Shown here: piece after piece, positions 9,551 to 19,727 of the stretch
Position numbering within the stretch: the stretch's first letter is position 1
Layout of the letters: each line of letters opens with the position of its first letter
From: Thermoanaerobaculia bacterium
GTDB taxonomy: Bacteria > Acidobacteriota > Thermoanaerobaculia > Multivoradales > Multivoraceae
Length of the DNA: 64,000 bases
Direction of reading: 5' to 3'
Assembly: GCA_963664405.1 (NCBI GenBank)
Contig: OY761158.1
Span: forward strand, 6,016,001-6,080,000
Program-made: the position numbers and the translations under genes
Notes under the pieces: model-generated
What the model was told of the DNA's origin: nothing
The model's input: the letters and a program-made list of their open reading frames with translations, nothing else
Databases searched by the model: none

Positions 9551-11018
9551 CCGACGGCCCGCCTTCGGCGGGGATGATGCCGACGGACCTAGTCTTGAGC
9601 ACACTACTTGAGGGACCAAACACCCTTCCCTCACCTACCGTGCTCAGAATGGCCAACATTCCCATCGATTATCGTGCTCACTCTCAGAGAGCTCGGCCAC
9701 TCGGTCGTCCTGCTGCCACCCCACCTGACCCACCGCTATGTCGGCGCCCACAAGACCGATCGAACCGACACCAAAGGCATGCTCGAGGCGTATCGCAACG
9801 AAGACATCCTGCCTGTCCCTGTCAAGTCGCTCGAGCAACAAACGCTCACCACTCTGCATCGGATGCGCGCGGCCTACATCGGCGATCGTACGGCTCACTG
9901 CAACGCTCTACGCGGGCACTTGCGAGAATTCGGACACTTCATCCCTCTAGGACGTGCGCGCGTCGTGCCGAGGGTCCGAGAGCTGATCGCCGACGCCGAG
10001 ACGGACATCCCCATGGCATTGCGCCCTCACTTCGCAGCGCAATGCGATCAGATCGAGCAGTTCCACGAGCGTATCGCGGAGATCGACAACCACATCCAAG
10101 CGCTCGCCAAACAGCTCGAAGCCGTGCAGCTGCTGATGACCATTCCTGGCATCGGGGTCCTGACCGCCACGGCCCTGGTGGCCTGGATCGGAGATGTCTC
10201 TCGCTTCAAGAGCGGACGCCATCTTGCCAGCTATCTCGGGCTCACGCCGCGCGAACACTCCAGTGGCGCACGACGCTGGCTCGGACGCATCAGCAAACGC
10301 GGCGACGGCTATCTGCGCACGCTCCTGATCCACGGGGCCCGCTCCGTGCTGTCGTGGGCGAAGAGAAAACAACCCCAAGGCCGCCTCCAACAGTGGGCGC
10401 TGCACGTCGATACCCGCCGAGGACCCAACAAAGCCGCCGTTGCCCTCGCCAACAAGTTGGCCCGCATTGTCTGGGCCGTGTGGACCCGTAAGCGCGCCTT
10501 CGAGCCCAAGCCGTTGCTCGCTGCTGCCTAAGACGACCGAACGACCACAACCTACTCGTAACCCCCATCCACTCACAGCTCGATCCAAGGACTTTGATGG
10601 TTTCCAGTCAGACTGGCGTGAGGGCACAAGCCGCTAGGAGCGTTGGCCCTCGAGGCCGTTTTCTCGGACGATTCGGCTCCCTCACGCGCACTTTTCCATC
10701 ATGGCCCGGCGTGCACACATCGTCACGCCAATCTGAGGCCGGAGATACGTCTGCTGTCTGACCTACCACTCTCAGCCCGAAGACCGAGAAAACCAGAATC
10801 TCTCTATGAGTTGAAATCAACTACTTGACACGGGAGTCCAGATACACGCTCCTAGCCCCAGAAAACGCGCCTTCGGCCCGTTTTCCGGCCCATCCCCGCC
10901 TGAGAACTACTCGCCTGTCCGATACTCGGATGATGAAATGGACTCCCTGGCGACTTCGATCGGCATCTGTGTGCCGCGGGTCGCCCAAACCGAAACTCTA
11001 GTACTGGAAGGGAGCCCC

Positions 11019-12056
11019 ATGAAGCATACCGTTATCGGTGTCGACCTGGCCAAGGATGTGTTCGAGATCGCCGTGTCGCATGAGCCGGGAAAGGTGGCGG
11101 ACCGGCATCGAGTCCGAAGAGCTGGCTTTTTGTCTTTCTTCGCACAACGCAAGCCCACGACGGTGGTCATGGAGGCCTGTGGCTCCGCGCACTACTGGGG
11201 CCGGGAAATAGGAGAGCTCGGCCACTCGGTCGTCCTGCTGCCACCCCACCTGACCCACCGCTATGTCGGCGCCCACAAGACCGATCGAACCGACACCAAA
11301 GGCATGCTCGAGGCGTATCGCAACGAAGACATCCTGCCTGTCCCTGTCAAGTCGCTCGAGCAACAAACGCTCACCACTCTGCATCGGATGCGCGCGGCCT
11401 ACATCGGCGATCGTACGGCTCACTGCAACGCTCTACGCGGGCACTTGCGAGAATTCGGACACTTCATCCCTCTAGGACGTGCGCGCGTCGTGCCGAGGGT
11501 CCGAGAGCTGATCGCCGACGCCGAGACGGACATCCCCATGGCATTGCGCCCTCACTTCGCAGCGCAATGCGATCAGATCGAGCAGTTCCACGAGCGTATC
11601 GCGGAGATCGACAACCACATCCAAGCGCTCGCCAAACAGCTCGAAGCCGTGCAGCTGCTGATGACCATTCCTGGCATCGGGGTCCTGACCGCCACGGCCC
11701 TGGTGGCCTGGATCGGAGATGTCTCTCGCTTCAAGAGCGGACGCCATCTTGCCAGCTATCTCGGGCTCACGCCGCGCGAACACTCCAGTGGCGCACGACG
11801 CTGGCTCGGACGCATCAGCAAACGCGGCGACGGCTATCTGCGCACGCTCCTGATCCACGGGGCCCGCTCCGTGCTGTCGTGGGCGAAGAGAAAACAACCC
11901 CAAGGCCGCCTCCAACAGTGGGCGCTGCACGTCGATACCCGCCGAGGACCCAACAAAGCCGCCGTTGCCCTCGCCAACAAGTTGGCCCGCATTGTCTGGG
12001 CCGTGTGGACCCGTAAGCGCGCCTTCGAGCCCAAGCCGTTGCTCGCTGCTGCCTAA
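11019..12056 (+). CDS. IS110/IS1111 DEDD recombinase/transposase
   Basis: GVDLAK, VMEACG, KTDRTD, LGLTPREHSSG and ISKRGDGYLR motifs. Confidence 0.95.
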   Translation: MKHTVIGVDLAKDVFEIAVSHEPGKVADRHRVRRAGFLSFFAQRKPTTVVMEACGSAHYWGREIGELGHSVVLLPPHLTHRYVGAHKTDRTDTKGMLEAYRNEDILPVPVKSLEQQTLTTLHRMRAAYIGDRTAHCNALRGHLREFGHFIPLGRARVVPRVRELIADAETDIPMALRPHFAAQCDQIEQFHERIAEIDNHIQALAKQLEAVQLLMTIPGIGVLTATALVAWIGDVSRFKSGRHLASYLGLTPREHSSGARRWLGRISKRGDGYLRTLLIHGARSVLSWAKRKQPQGRLQQWALHVDTRRGPNKAAVALANKLARIVWAVWTRKRAFEPKPLLAAA

Positions 12057-12140
12057 GACGACCGAACGACCACAACCTACTCGTAACCCCCATCCACTCA
12101 CAGCTCGATCCAAGGACTTTGATGGTTTCCAGTCAGACTG

Positions 12141-12290
12141 GCGTGAGGGCACAAGCCGCTAGGAGCGTTGGCCCTCGAGGCCGTTTTCTCGGACGATTCG
12201 GCTCCCTCACGCGCACTTTTCCATCATGGCCCGGCGTGCACACATCGTCACGCCAATCTGAGGCCGGAGATACGTCTGCTGTCTGACCTA
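12141..12290 (+). ncRNA. Predicted bridge/seek RNA in the IS1111 3' non-coding region (identical copy at about 10616-10765)
   Basis: Stem GCGTGAGGG/CCCTCACGC encloses an internal loop carrying CTAGGAGCGT and CTCGGAC, which match the two strands of the insertion target. The RNA ends are not determinable from sequence. Confidence 0.7.
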
Positions 12291-12380
12291 CCACTCTCAG
12301 CCCGAAGACCGAGAAAACTAGAATCTCTCTATGAGTTGAAATCAACTACTTGACACGGGAGTCCAGATACACGCTCCTAG

Positions 12381-12500
12381 GTTGGGTAGGTCTGGGAATG
12401 GTGATTGCCATTCCCAGACCTACTGATGCCGTTTGGCGCCGCGGACGGCGCGCGTCGCCCATCCGGAGGACCGGATGGCCTCCCTGCTTCGGAAGGGGTG
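12381..12500. repeat. Multi-hairpin REP-like repeat (family A)
   Basis: GTAGGTCTGGGAATGG/CCATTCCCAGACCTAC hairpin, then TTTGGCGCCGCGGACGGCGC, then CCATCCGGAGGACCGGATGG. Confidence 0.7.
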
Positions 12501-12553
12501 CCTCTTGCGGATTGAGCATTTCCAGGCTCCTGGGATATATGCTCCGGTGATCC

Positions 12554-13258
12554 GTGAGCTGGATTTCCGATCCCAATGCCTGGATCGCCCTGGCGGCGCT
12601 GACGTCGATCGAGATCGTTCTCGGTATCGACAACATCATCTTCATCACGATTCTCGTCGGCCGCCTGCCCGAGGCCGAGCGGGGTCGTGCGCGCACGTTT
12701 GGGCTACTGCTGGCGATGCTGACCAGGATTGCCCTGCTCTTCTCACTGACCTTCTTCATGGGCCTCACCGAGCCGCTGCTGGTGGTCCTGGGGCACGAGA
12801 TCTCGTGGCGTGATGTCATCTTGATTGCTGGGGGTCTCTTCCTTTTGGGCAAGAGCACCTTCGAGATTCACGCCAAGCTCGAGGGCGGTCACGGGGCTCC
12901 ATCGTCGGGCTCGCGTGGTGGCTTCTTGATGGTGATGGGCCAGATCGCCCTTCTCGACATCGTGTTCTCCATCGACTCGGTGATCACTGCCATCGGTTTG
13001 GCCGACCAGGTGGTGATCATGGTCATCGCCGTTGTTGCGGCAGTGCTCGTCATGCTAGTTTCGGCAAGACCCATTGGAGATTTCGTCGAGCGGCACCCGA
13101 CCTTGAAGATGCTCGCGTTGAGCTTCTTGCTCTTGATCGGAACAACGCTCGTGGCGGATGGCCTCGGGTTTCACTTCCCGAAAGGCTATGTCTATTTCGC
13201 GATGGCGTTCTCGGTGTTTGTCGAAATGCTCAATCTGCGCTTGCGCAGAGTGTCGTAA
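12554..13258 (+). CDS. TerC family membrane protein
   Basis: EIVLGIDNIIFI and DIVFSIDSVITAIG motifs. Confidence 0.92.
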   Translation: MSWISDPNAWIALAALTSIEIVLGIDNIIFITILVGRLPEAERGRARTFGLLLAMLTRIALLFSLTFFMGLTEPLLVVLGHEISWRDVILIAGGLFLLGKSTFEIHAKLEGGHGAPSSGSRGGFLMVMGQIALLDIVFSIDSVITAIGLADQVVIMVIAVVAAVLVMLVSARPIGDFVERHPTLKMLALSFLLLIGTTLVADGLGFHFPKGYVYFAMAFSVFVEMLNLRLRRVS

Positions 13259-13300
13259 GCTCCACACCAGCGAAGAAATTTTTAGAAGAGGAGAGCAGGT

Positions 13301-14335
13301 ATGAAGGTCCTATCTAGAATCGGTGCAGGTGCGTTCAGCCTCTTGACTCTGGCGACCTCGGTGCCGGGTCCCGCCCGGGCGCAGAACGTCGGGCTTTGCG
13401 TGGCGAATGCATTTGCGGATCAAGTGGCTGACTTGATTGAGGAGCACGACGGTGCGACCCTGATCCGCTTTGGCAACCTGCCGGACTTGGTGGAAAAGGT
13501 CGGGGGTTGTGACGCCGTTATCGCCGTCCCAGGTGGAGGCACCGACCAGGTTCTCCGCGCCGGGTCCCGCTTACAGTGGCTACAAACCGCGAGCGCTGGG
13601 GTCGAGACCCTACTCCGCTCCGACGAGCTCGTTGCTTCGGACGTGACACTGACCAACGCAAAGATCCTGCAGGGCCCGGAGATCGCCGATCACGCTTTCG
13701 GACTGCTGTTGACGCTCACCCGTGACATCCGTTTCTTCAACGCGCAGACCTCATGGAACCGCGCAAACTCTCTTCCAATCATCGAGCTGCGCGGCAAGAC
13801 CGCTCTCATTATCGGCCTAGGGGGCATCGGTACTCAGATCGCGCAGCGTGCGGCGGCGTTCGAGATGCGCGTCATCGCTGTCGATCCCAAGGACATTCCG
13901 CTCAGTAGGGATGTAGCCTATGTCGGCAAACCGGACCAGCTCGACGAGCTCTTGCCGCAGGCCGACGTCGTCTTTAGCAGCGTCCCGCATACCCCCGCTT
14001 CTCGCGGCATGCTCGGCAAGGAGCAGTTTGCGCGGATGAAGGAAGGTGTCTATGTGGTCAACGTGTCGCGCGGCCCGATCATTGACACCGACGCTCTGGT
14101 TGCCGCGCTGCGCTCCGGCAAAGTGCGTGCAGCGGGTCTCGACGTCACCGACCCCGAGCCATTACCCGACGGTCATCCTCTGTGGTCGATGCACAACGTC
14201 GTCATCACGCCGCACATAGCGACTGTGTCTGACCATTCCATCGAGCGGCGAGTCGAACTGTTCCGCGACAATATCGGGCGTTTCCTCGATAACCGTCCCT
14301 TGCGCAACGTGGTCGACAAGAAGAAGGGGTACTGA
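13301..14335 (+). CDS. D-2-hydroxyacid dehydrogenase family protein with signal peptide-like N-terminus
   Basis: GLGGIG, NVSRG, LDVTDPEPLP and ITPHIA motifs. Confidence 0.88.
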   Translation: MKVLSRIGAGAFSLLTLATSVPGPARAQNVGLCVANAFADQVADLIEEHDGATLIRFGNLPDLVEKVGGCDAVIAVPGGGTDQVLRAGSRLQWLQTASAGVETLLRSDELVASDVTLTNAKILQGPEIADHAFGLLLTLTRDIRFFNAQTSWNRANSLPIIELRGKTALIIGLGGIGTQIAQRAAAFEMRVIAVDPKDIPLSRDVAYVGKPDQLDELLPQADVVFSSVPHTPASRGMLGKEQFARMKEGVYVVNVSRGPIIDTDALVAALRSGKVRAAGLDVTDPEPLPDGHPLWSMHNVVITPHIATVSDHSIERRVELFRDNIGRFLDNRPLRNVVDKKKGY

Positions 14336-14445
14336 GTCTGAGAGTGGTGAATACCACTCTCAGACTCAGTTTGTTGTTTGGCGCCGCGGACGGCGCGTGT
14401 TGGCCATCCGGAGGACCGGATGGCCAACTGGCTTCGGAGCAGGCG
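14331..14445. repeat. Multi-hairpin REP-like repeat (family A), possible bidirectional terminator
   Basis: Perfect 18-bp stem at 14331-14370, followed by the same two downstream hairpins as at 12431-12478. Confidence 0.7.
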
Positions 14446-14540
14446 ATCTTCGGAAGACCTGCTGTTTGGCGCTGCGGTGGCGCGCGTTGCTGATCAGGCG
14501 GACCGGTGGGACCCCTGGCTTCGAAGGAGCGATCTCCTTC

Positions 14541-15473
14541 CTAGCGGGCCTTGCTGGTTGAGGCCTGGGAGGCCGTTGCTCGAGAGGGCCCGGATCGGGC
14601 TTCGCGGTAGGTGATGTAGGTGGTGCTGGCGAAGATGATGGCGCCTCCGATCCAGGTCGGGAGCTCTGGGACCTCGCCAAAGATGAAGAACCCCAGCAGG
14701 CTGGCCCATACCAGTCGGGTGAAGTCGACCGGAAGCACCGCGCTGGCGTCGGCCTGAACGAAGGCCTCGGCCATGCACAGGTGGGCGAGGGTTCCTACGG
14801 CTCCCATCAGGACCAGCCAGGGGTAGTCACCTGGCGCGGGCCAGGTCCATACGAATGCGGCAGGGATCAGGGAGAGAGGCGCCATGAAGATGCCCATCCA
14901 CAGCCCGAGAGTGAGGCTGGAGTCTGTGCTCGAGATCGTCTTGATGACCAGGAGTGCGATTGCCCACCCGGCGGAGGAGAGGAGCACGAGGAATAGACCC
15001 GTGTCAATTTCGGCGCCCGGCTGCAGCACGATCATGGCACCGGCGAAGCCGAGAGCGAGCGCTGCGATGCGGCGCCTGTGGAGGGCTTCGCCAAGAAAGA
15101 GGACAGCTCCGATCGTGGCGAAGAGAGGCGCTGTGAAGCCCATCGCCGAGACTCTGGCAATGGGAGTCAGGGTGAGCGCGGTGAAGAAGAGCAGCATCGA
15201 TCCCATCTGGAGCACAGAGCGTAGAGCGTGCAACGGCAGGCGGGTCGTGTGAAGAGGGGCGATTCCCCTGCGTACAAGCACTGGGGCAAGAACCAAGAGT
15301 CCGAAGAAGTTGCGGAAGAAGGCGATCTCGAAGGGATGGAGATCTGCAGAGAGAATGCGGATCAGGGCGTGCATGGTGGAGAAGCCAACGGCGGCAATAG
15401 CGACGAGGAGCATTCCGCGCACTTGGTTCGGAGCGCGCACAGACCCCTGTGCCTGCGGAGGAAGCGTGCTCAT
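14541..15473 (-). CDS. DMT/EamA family transporter
   Basis: About ten hydrophobic segments; FEIAFFRN, LFLGE and IFGE motifs. Confidence 0.88.
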   Translation of the reverse strand: MSTLPPQAQGSVRAPNQVRGMLLVAIAAVGFSTMHALIRILSADLHPFEIAFFRNFFGLLVLAPVLVRRGIAPLHTTRLPLHALRSVLQMGSMLLFFTALTLTPIARVSAMGFTAPLFATIGAVLFLGEALHRRRIAALALGFAGAMIVLQPGAEIDTGLFLVLLSSAGWAIALLVIKTISSTDSSLTLGLWMGIFMAPLSLIPAAFVWTWPAPGDYPWLVLMGAVGTLAHLCMAEAFVQADASAVLPVDFTRLVWASLLGFFIFGEVPELPTWIGGAIIFASTTYITYREARSGPSRATASQASTSKAR

Positions 15474-15495
15474 TTTCTGGAGGGACGACAGGATC

Positions 15496-16458
15496 TCAGA
15501 CGAGAGCTTCGAGGAGGGCCTCGAGAGATCGGAGACGCTCGGTGCTTTGCGCGCCGGGAACGGAGCCGCGCACGATAAGGTGTGTCATGCCGAGCTCCTC
15601 GCGGTAGCGCGCGACCTCATCGGTGACCTGGGCCGGCGAGCCGACCAGGGCCCAATCCTCGACGGCGAGCTCGGCCCTGCGTCGGAGAATCGTAGACGTT
15701 GATGCCCTGAGCTCCTGAAGCTGAGCCTCGAGGGCCTCTCTCACTCGGCGCAAGGAGTCCGAGCTGGGACTGATGAAAAGGGTGCGCATGATCGGGACCG
15801 GAAGGTCGACGGCGTTGCCGTGCTCGACCAGCATCTCGCGGTGCAACTGGTAGTTCGAGGAGAGTCGGTCGAAGGACTCCATCGGGGAGGCGAGGTAGGG
15901 GAGTCCCAGTCTCCCGGCCTGGGTCAGAGCTTTGGGTCCGAAGGCCGCAACCCAGAGAGGCGGATGAGGCTGCTGAACCGGTAGGGGGGAAAGGTGCTTG
16001 GGCTCGTCGCCGTTGGTTGGGAGGGCCGCCCCCGACCAAGCTTGCTTCATCACCCTCAGAGCCGCTTCGAAGCGATCCCGCTTCTCGGCCGGCGGGACCT
16101 CGAAAGCCTCGAAGAGAGCGCGACGAAAACCGCGACCGAGGCCCAGAATCACCCGTCCCCCGGAGATGCGGTCGAGAATGGCGACGTCCTCTGCCACTTG
16201 CAGGGCGTTGCGGATCGGTAGCAGGTAGGACGTGGTGCCCAGGCCCAGGGTCGAGGTACGAGCCGCCGCGGCGGCGAGGATGAGGAGGGGGTTGGGGCAG
16301 GAGCCCTTTGCAACGAAGTGGCTTTCCGGTAGCCAGAGCGACTCGTAGCCCATGCTCTCGGCCGTTGCCGCCTGATCGGGGATGAGGTCTGCGGCGCCGG
16401 CGAGATCGCCGACCCACGGTGTGAGACCGAGGTGAAGGGGAGGAGGGTTATCAGACAT
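15496..16458 (-). CDS. Luciferase-like (LLM) flavin-dependent oxidoreductase
   Basis: WLPESHF, AEDVAILDRISGGRVILGLGRG and PVQQPHPPLW motifs. Confidence 0.88.
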   Translation of the reverse strand: MSDNPPPLHLGLTPWVGDLAGAADLIPDQAATAESMGYESLWLPESHFVAKGSCPNPLLILAAAAARTSTLGLGTTSYLLPIRNALQVAEDVAILDRISGGRVILGLGRGFRRALFEAFEVPPAEKRDRFEAALRVMKQAWSGAALPTNGDEPKHLSPLPVQQPHPPLWVAAFGPKALTQAGRLGLPYLASPMESFDRLSSNYQLHREMLVEHGNAVDLPVPIMRTLFISPSSDSLRRVREALEAQLQELRASTSTILRRRAELAVEDWALVGSPAQVTDEVARYREELGMTHLIVRGSVPGAQSTERLRSLEALLEALV

Positions 16459-16720
16459 CGTTTTCGTGCCGGCCCTCCGACCTTACTCTACCCGGCCGCC
16501 TCGTCGAGAGCTTGCTGCCACCACCACTTTCACGGCAGACTCGTTAAATGATGTTGTTGCGGAGGGTAGCGCTGGCACGGTCTCGTATCGAGCGAGCCAG
16601 GGGGAAGGACATTTGAGCTTCGACGTCGACGCCCTCCGCGCCCTTCTGTTGGTAGCTGTCGTTGCCGCCACAGTGTTCTTCGCGCTCTACAGGCACAAAG
16701 CGCGCCACTTCGAGTCCTTA

Positions 16721-18725
16721 GGGTCGGCGCGGAAATAAGTTTCCAGTATCTGGGGTGACCATACCACTGCCCCCTTCTTCAGCCACCGCATAATCCTCCG
16801 GTACGCGCCTTGTTTGCAAGGTTTAGAGCTAGCATAGCCCTGCCCGCATTTGGTATAGTTTTCCCTGTCACCTCTTTTGGAAGGGGAACTATACCAAATG
16901 GTACGAGCCGAAGATCGTGATGCAACAGTGCGCGAGCTCTTGATGAGCGAACAGATGGCCACCATGGATGAGCTCAAGGACGCCATGGGAACCCGAGCCA
17001 CCATGACGGTCTACCGTTCGCTGTCTCGATTGGGCTATTTGGCCAGCTACTCGGATCGAGGGCGGTTCTATACCTTGAACGAGATTCCCGATTTCGACGA
17101 TCTGGGTTTGTGGTCGTGCGGTTCGGCGAGGTTCAGTCGGCATGGCAGCCTCCTCGAAACTGCGGTGGCTGCCGTGGACCGGTCCGCTGCCGGCTATACG
17201 GCTTCTGAACTCGAGCTCCTGCTGCAGGTCGAGGTCAAGCACGCGATGTTGCACCTCGTTCGTCGCAAGAGAATCGTACGATCCAGAGTTGGGAAGAGGT
17301 TCGTATACTTGTGCTCGGAAACAGGGCGCCGTCGTCAGCAGAAGCTGATGCGCAACGAACGGCAGGCTCTCCAGGATGTAGCTGCCAGCCTCGTTCCAGA
17401 AGTGCTCCCCGAGGAGCTCAGGGCTGCCATCGTTTTATTCTTCAGCCTGCTAGACGAACGCCAGCGGCGGCTCTTCGCTGGCCTGGAAGCGACCAAGCTC
17501 GGGCATGGCGGCGACCGGAAGATCGCCGATCTTCTGGACCTGGACCCTCATACAGTCGCAAAAGGACGTCGCGAGCTCTTCGGCGGCTCCGTGGAGCGCG
17601 GAAGAGTTCGAAGAGCAGGCGGTGGCAACCAACGAGTGGAAAAAAAACGCCCGAGATAGTCGATGGAATCCATTCCATACTCGAGGCCGATATAGCTGGT
17701 GATCCCATGTCATCAAAAAGATGGACGCACGAGACCGCTGCAAAGGTGGCCCAATGCCTTGCCGAACGCCTTGACATCATCGTATCGGCTACGGTGGTGC
17801 GTCGATTGCTCGCAGACCTGAACTATTCCCTCAAGAGCAATAGGAAATGTCTGTCTTCGGGGAACTCCCCAGATCGTGATGCACAGTTCAAGGCCATCAA
17901 GCGACTGCGCGAGGATTTCACAAGCGCTGGCGACCCGATCATCAGCGTCGATACGAAGAAGAAGGAGCTGATCGGTCGGTTCAAGAACCAGGGACAGACA
18001 TGGTGCCGCGAGGCCAAGCGGGTCAAGGATCACGACTTCCGGTCCGAAGCTCTCGCCATCGCCTCCCCCTATGGGATCTACGATCTTCAGAGGAACTTCG
18101 GCGTTCTCGTCCTCGGACAGTCGTCGGACACGCCGGAGTTCGCTGTCAACAGCATCGCGACCTGGTGGCTCAAATACGGTCGATCTCACTATCCGGCGTC
18201 TCAGCGTCTCCTCATTCTTGCCGACAGCGGCGCAAGCAACGGCGCACGGCTTCGAGCCTGGAAGAAGTACCTCCAGGAGAAGCTCGTAGACAAGTGCGGC
18301 CTCATCATCACCGTCGCCCACTATCCAACTGGCACCAGTAAATGGAATCCCATCGAGCACAGGATGTTCAGCGAGATCAGCAAGAACTGGGCCGGAGTTC
18401 CTCTCGAGAGTTTCGAGATCCTCGTCAACCTCGTCCGCAACACGACGACATCCACCGGACTGCGCGTCGAGCCGTGCCGTGATCAACGCCAATACCAGAA
18501 AGGAGTCAGGGTATCGGACAAGGAAATGCTGCAGCTCGCGGTGGCCAGGAGCGACTTCCTAGGAAAGTGGAACTACACCCTCTCGCCGAGACCGCGAACC
18601 GAGCAGGAAGAGCTTGCCCCACAGCCTGGGCTCAGCTCACCACCACCTCCAATGCAGCGACCGCCCTGTGGCGCCTCGGCCTCACACGCTCCGGCGATAA
18701 TGTGAAGTTATTTCCGCGCCGACCC
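16721..18725 (+). mobile_element. ISAzo13-family insertion sequence
   Basis: 18-bp perfect TIR GGGTCGGCGCGGAAATAA; 3-bp direct repeat TTA. Confidence 0.9.
16898..18705 (+). CDS. ISAzo13 transposase, two ORFs joined by a -1 frameshift at A8 (17640-17647)
   Basis: ORF1 ends LDERQRRL...RVEKKRPR*; the -1 frame continues KTPEIV...ISVDTKKKELIG...SKWNPIEHRMFS. Confidence 0.85.
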
Positions 18726-19195
18726 TTAGTCGCTCGTTTCGAGGGTGGGGTCTCGGAAGCCGCCGCTCGACGGGGCATGGAGCTTTTCGACGAATGGAAG
18801 GAAACGGAGATGGCCAGGCTCCAGAGCGAGCTCGGCAGCCTGGAGAGGCAGCGGGCAGGGAATGAGCTCGAGGCCCACAAACGGGAGTTCGAGAGCGAGA
18901 TCCGGCGAGACGCAGTAGCTCGCAGCGATGCCGGCACCCGCGGAAGGATGTCGGAGAGCCTGGCGCCCTACCTACCAGGGTTCGAGTTCGAAGTCAGAGA
19001 CGCCAGGTTCCTCGGCTCGCCGATCGACTTCGTGGTCTTTGACGGCCTTCATCGAGATCGGTGTGATCGCGTGGTCCTGGTCGAGGTGAAGAGTGGGCGC
19101 TCCACTCTCAGCACCCGAGAACGACGGGTTCGTGATGCGGTTCTGGAGGGGAGGGTCGAGTGGAGGGAGCTTCACGTCGAGTTGGAGGAGCCGGA

Positions 19196-19705
19196 GTGAC
19201 GGCGAGAAGATGGAGCGCCTCGGTCGCACTTCTGGCCCTGATCTGTCTGGGCTGCGCGACGCCGATTGCGATTGAGACGGTGTCGTCCGCGGGGCCGAGA
19301 CTGGCGCGGGCGAGAGGGGTTTTTGTGGATGGCGCCGTGCTATCTTACAAGGGCGAGTCCTCGACAACCGAGGCAGAACTTTGGAGCGCGCTCGAGCGCG
19401 AGCTAGGCCGCAAAAAGAAGCCGGTCAGATTGATGCCTGAGCGCGAGCAGTCCGATCTCGGCCTCTATTTCGAGCAGGCCGACTACCTCGCCTGCTTCAG
19501 CTGTCCTCAGTCAGACCAACGCTGGTACTGGTGGGGCCTGATTCTCGACGGCCGAGGACGCGAGCTTGCGTCTCTTCACGGCGAGGTGGGCAAGGAGGGG
19601 CGAGCGCCGTATCTGAGCTTTGTCAAAGAGGTGCGGCGGTTGGTTCGGCGCAGCCGACGGAGTTTCCCCGAGGCCGGTCACAGCAATCGCGAAGAGAGGC
19701 CCTAA
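19196..19705 (+). CDS. Hypothetical lipoprotein
   Basis: GTG overlaps the upstream stop; lipobox LICLGC. Confidence 0.6.
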   Translation: MTARRWSASVALLALICLGCATPIAIETVSSAGPRLARARGVFVDGAVLSYKGESSTTEAELWSALERELGRKKKPVRLMPEREQSDLGLYFEQADYLACFSCPQSDQRWYWWGLILDGRGRELASLHGEVGKEGRAPYLSFVKEVRRLVRRSRRSFPEAGHSNREERP

Positions 19706-19727
19706 TGAGTTAGGCTAGCCTTTGGAT

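Larger units (their letters stand above)
7838..9686. mobile_element. Non-autonomous TG...CA element (IS21-like MITE, about 477 bp without the nested IS256)
   Basis: 25-bp perfect TIR TGAGAGTGAGCACGATAATCGATGG; 5-bp target duplication GAGAG (7833-7837, 9687-9691); second CACGATAAGTGATGG sub-repeat inside the left end. Confidence 0.8.
7784..10843 (+). mobile_element. IS110-family (IS1111 group) copy 1, 5'-truncated and interrupted
   Basis: 7784-7837 and 9687-10843 match copy 2 almost exactly (one SNP seen in the 3' non-coding region). Right end GGGAGTCCAGAT is followed by ACACGCTCCTAG. Confidence 0.9.
10931..12368 (+). mobile_element. IS110-family (IS1111 group) copy 2, intact
   Basis: Sub-terminal IR TGGACTCCC/GGGAGTCCA; no target duplication; about 310-bp 3' non-coding region; inserted in ATACTCGG-A-CACGCTCCTAG. 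Confidence 0.92.
16613..19199 (+). pseudogene. Holliday-junction-resolvase-like PD-(D/E)xK nuclease with N-terminal TM helix, split by ISAzo13
   Basis: 16613-16720 joins 18729-19199 in frame (..HFESL|VARFEG..). FLGSPIDFVVFDG and VEVKSG motifs. Confidence 0.8.

Noticed and set aside
9608-10531. A second intact IS110 transposase
   Set aside because: The N-terminal catalytic region is missing or split off, and the ORF start comes from the inserted miniature element.
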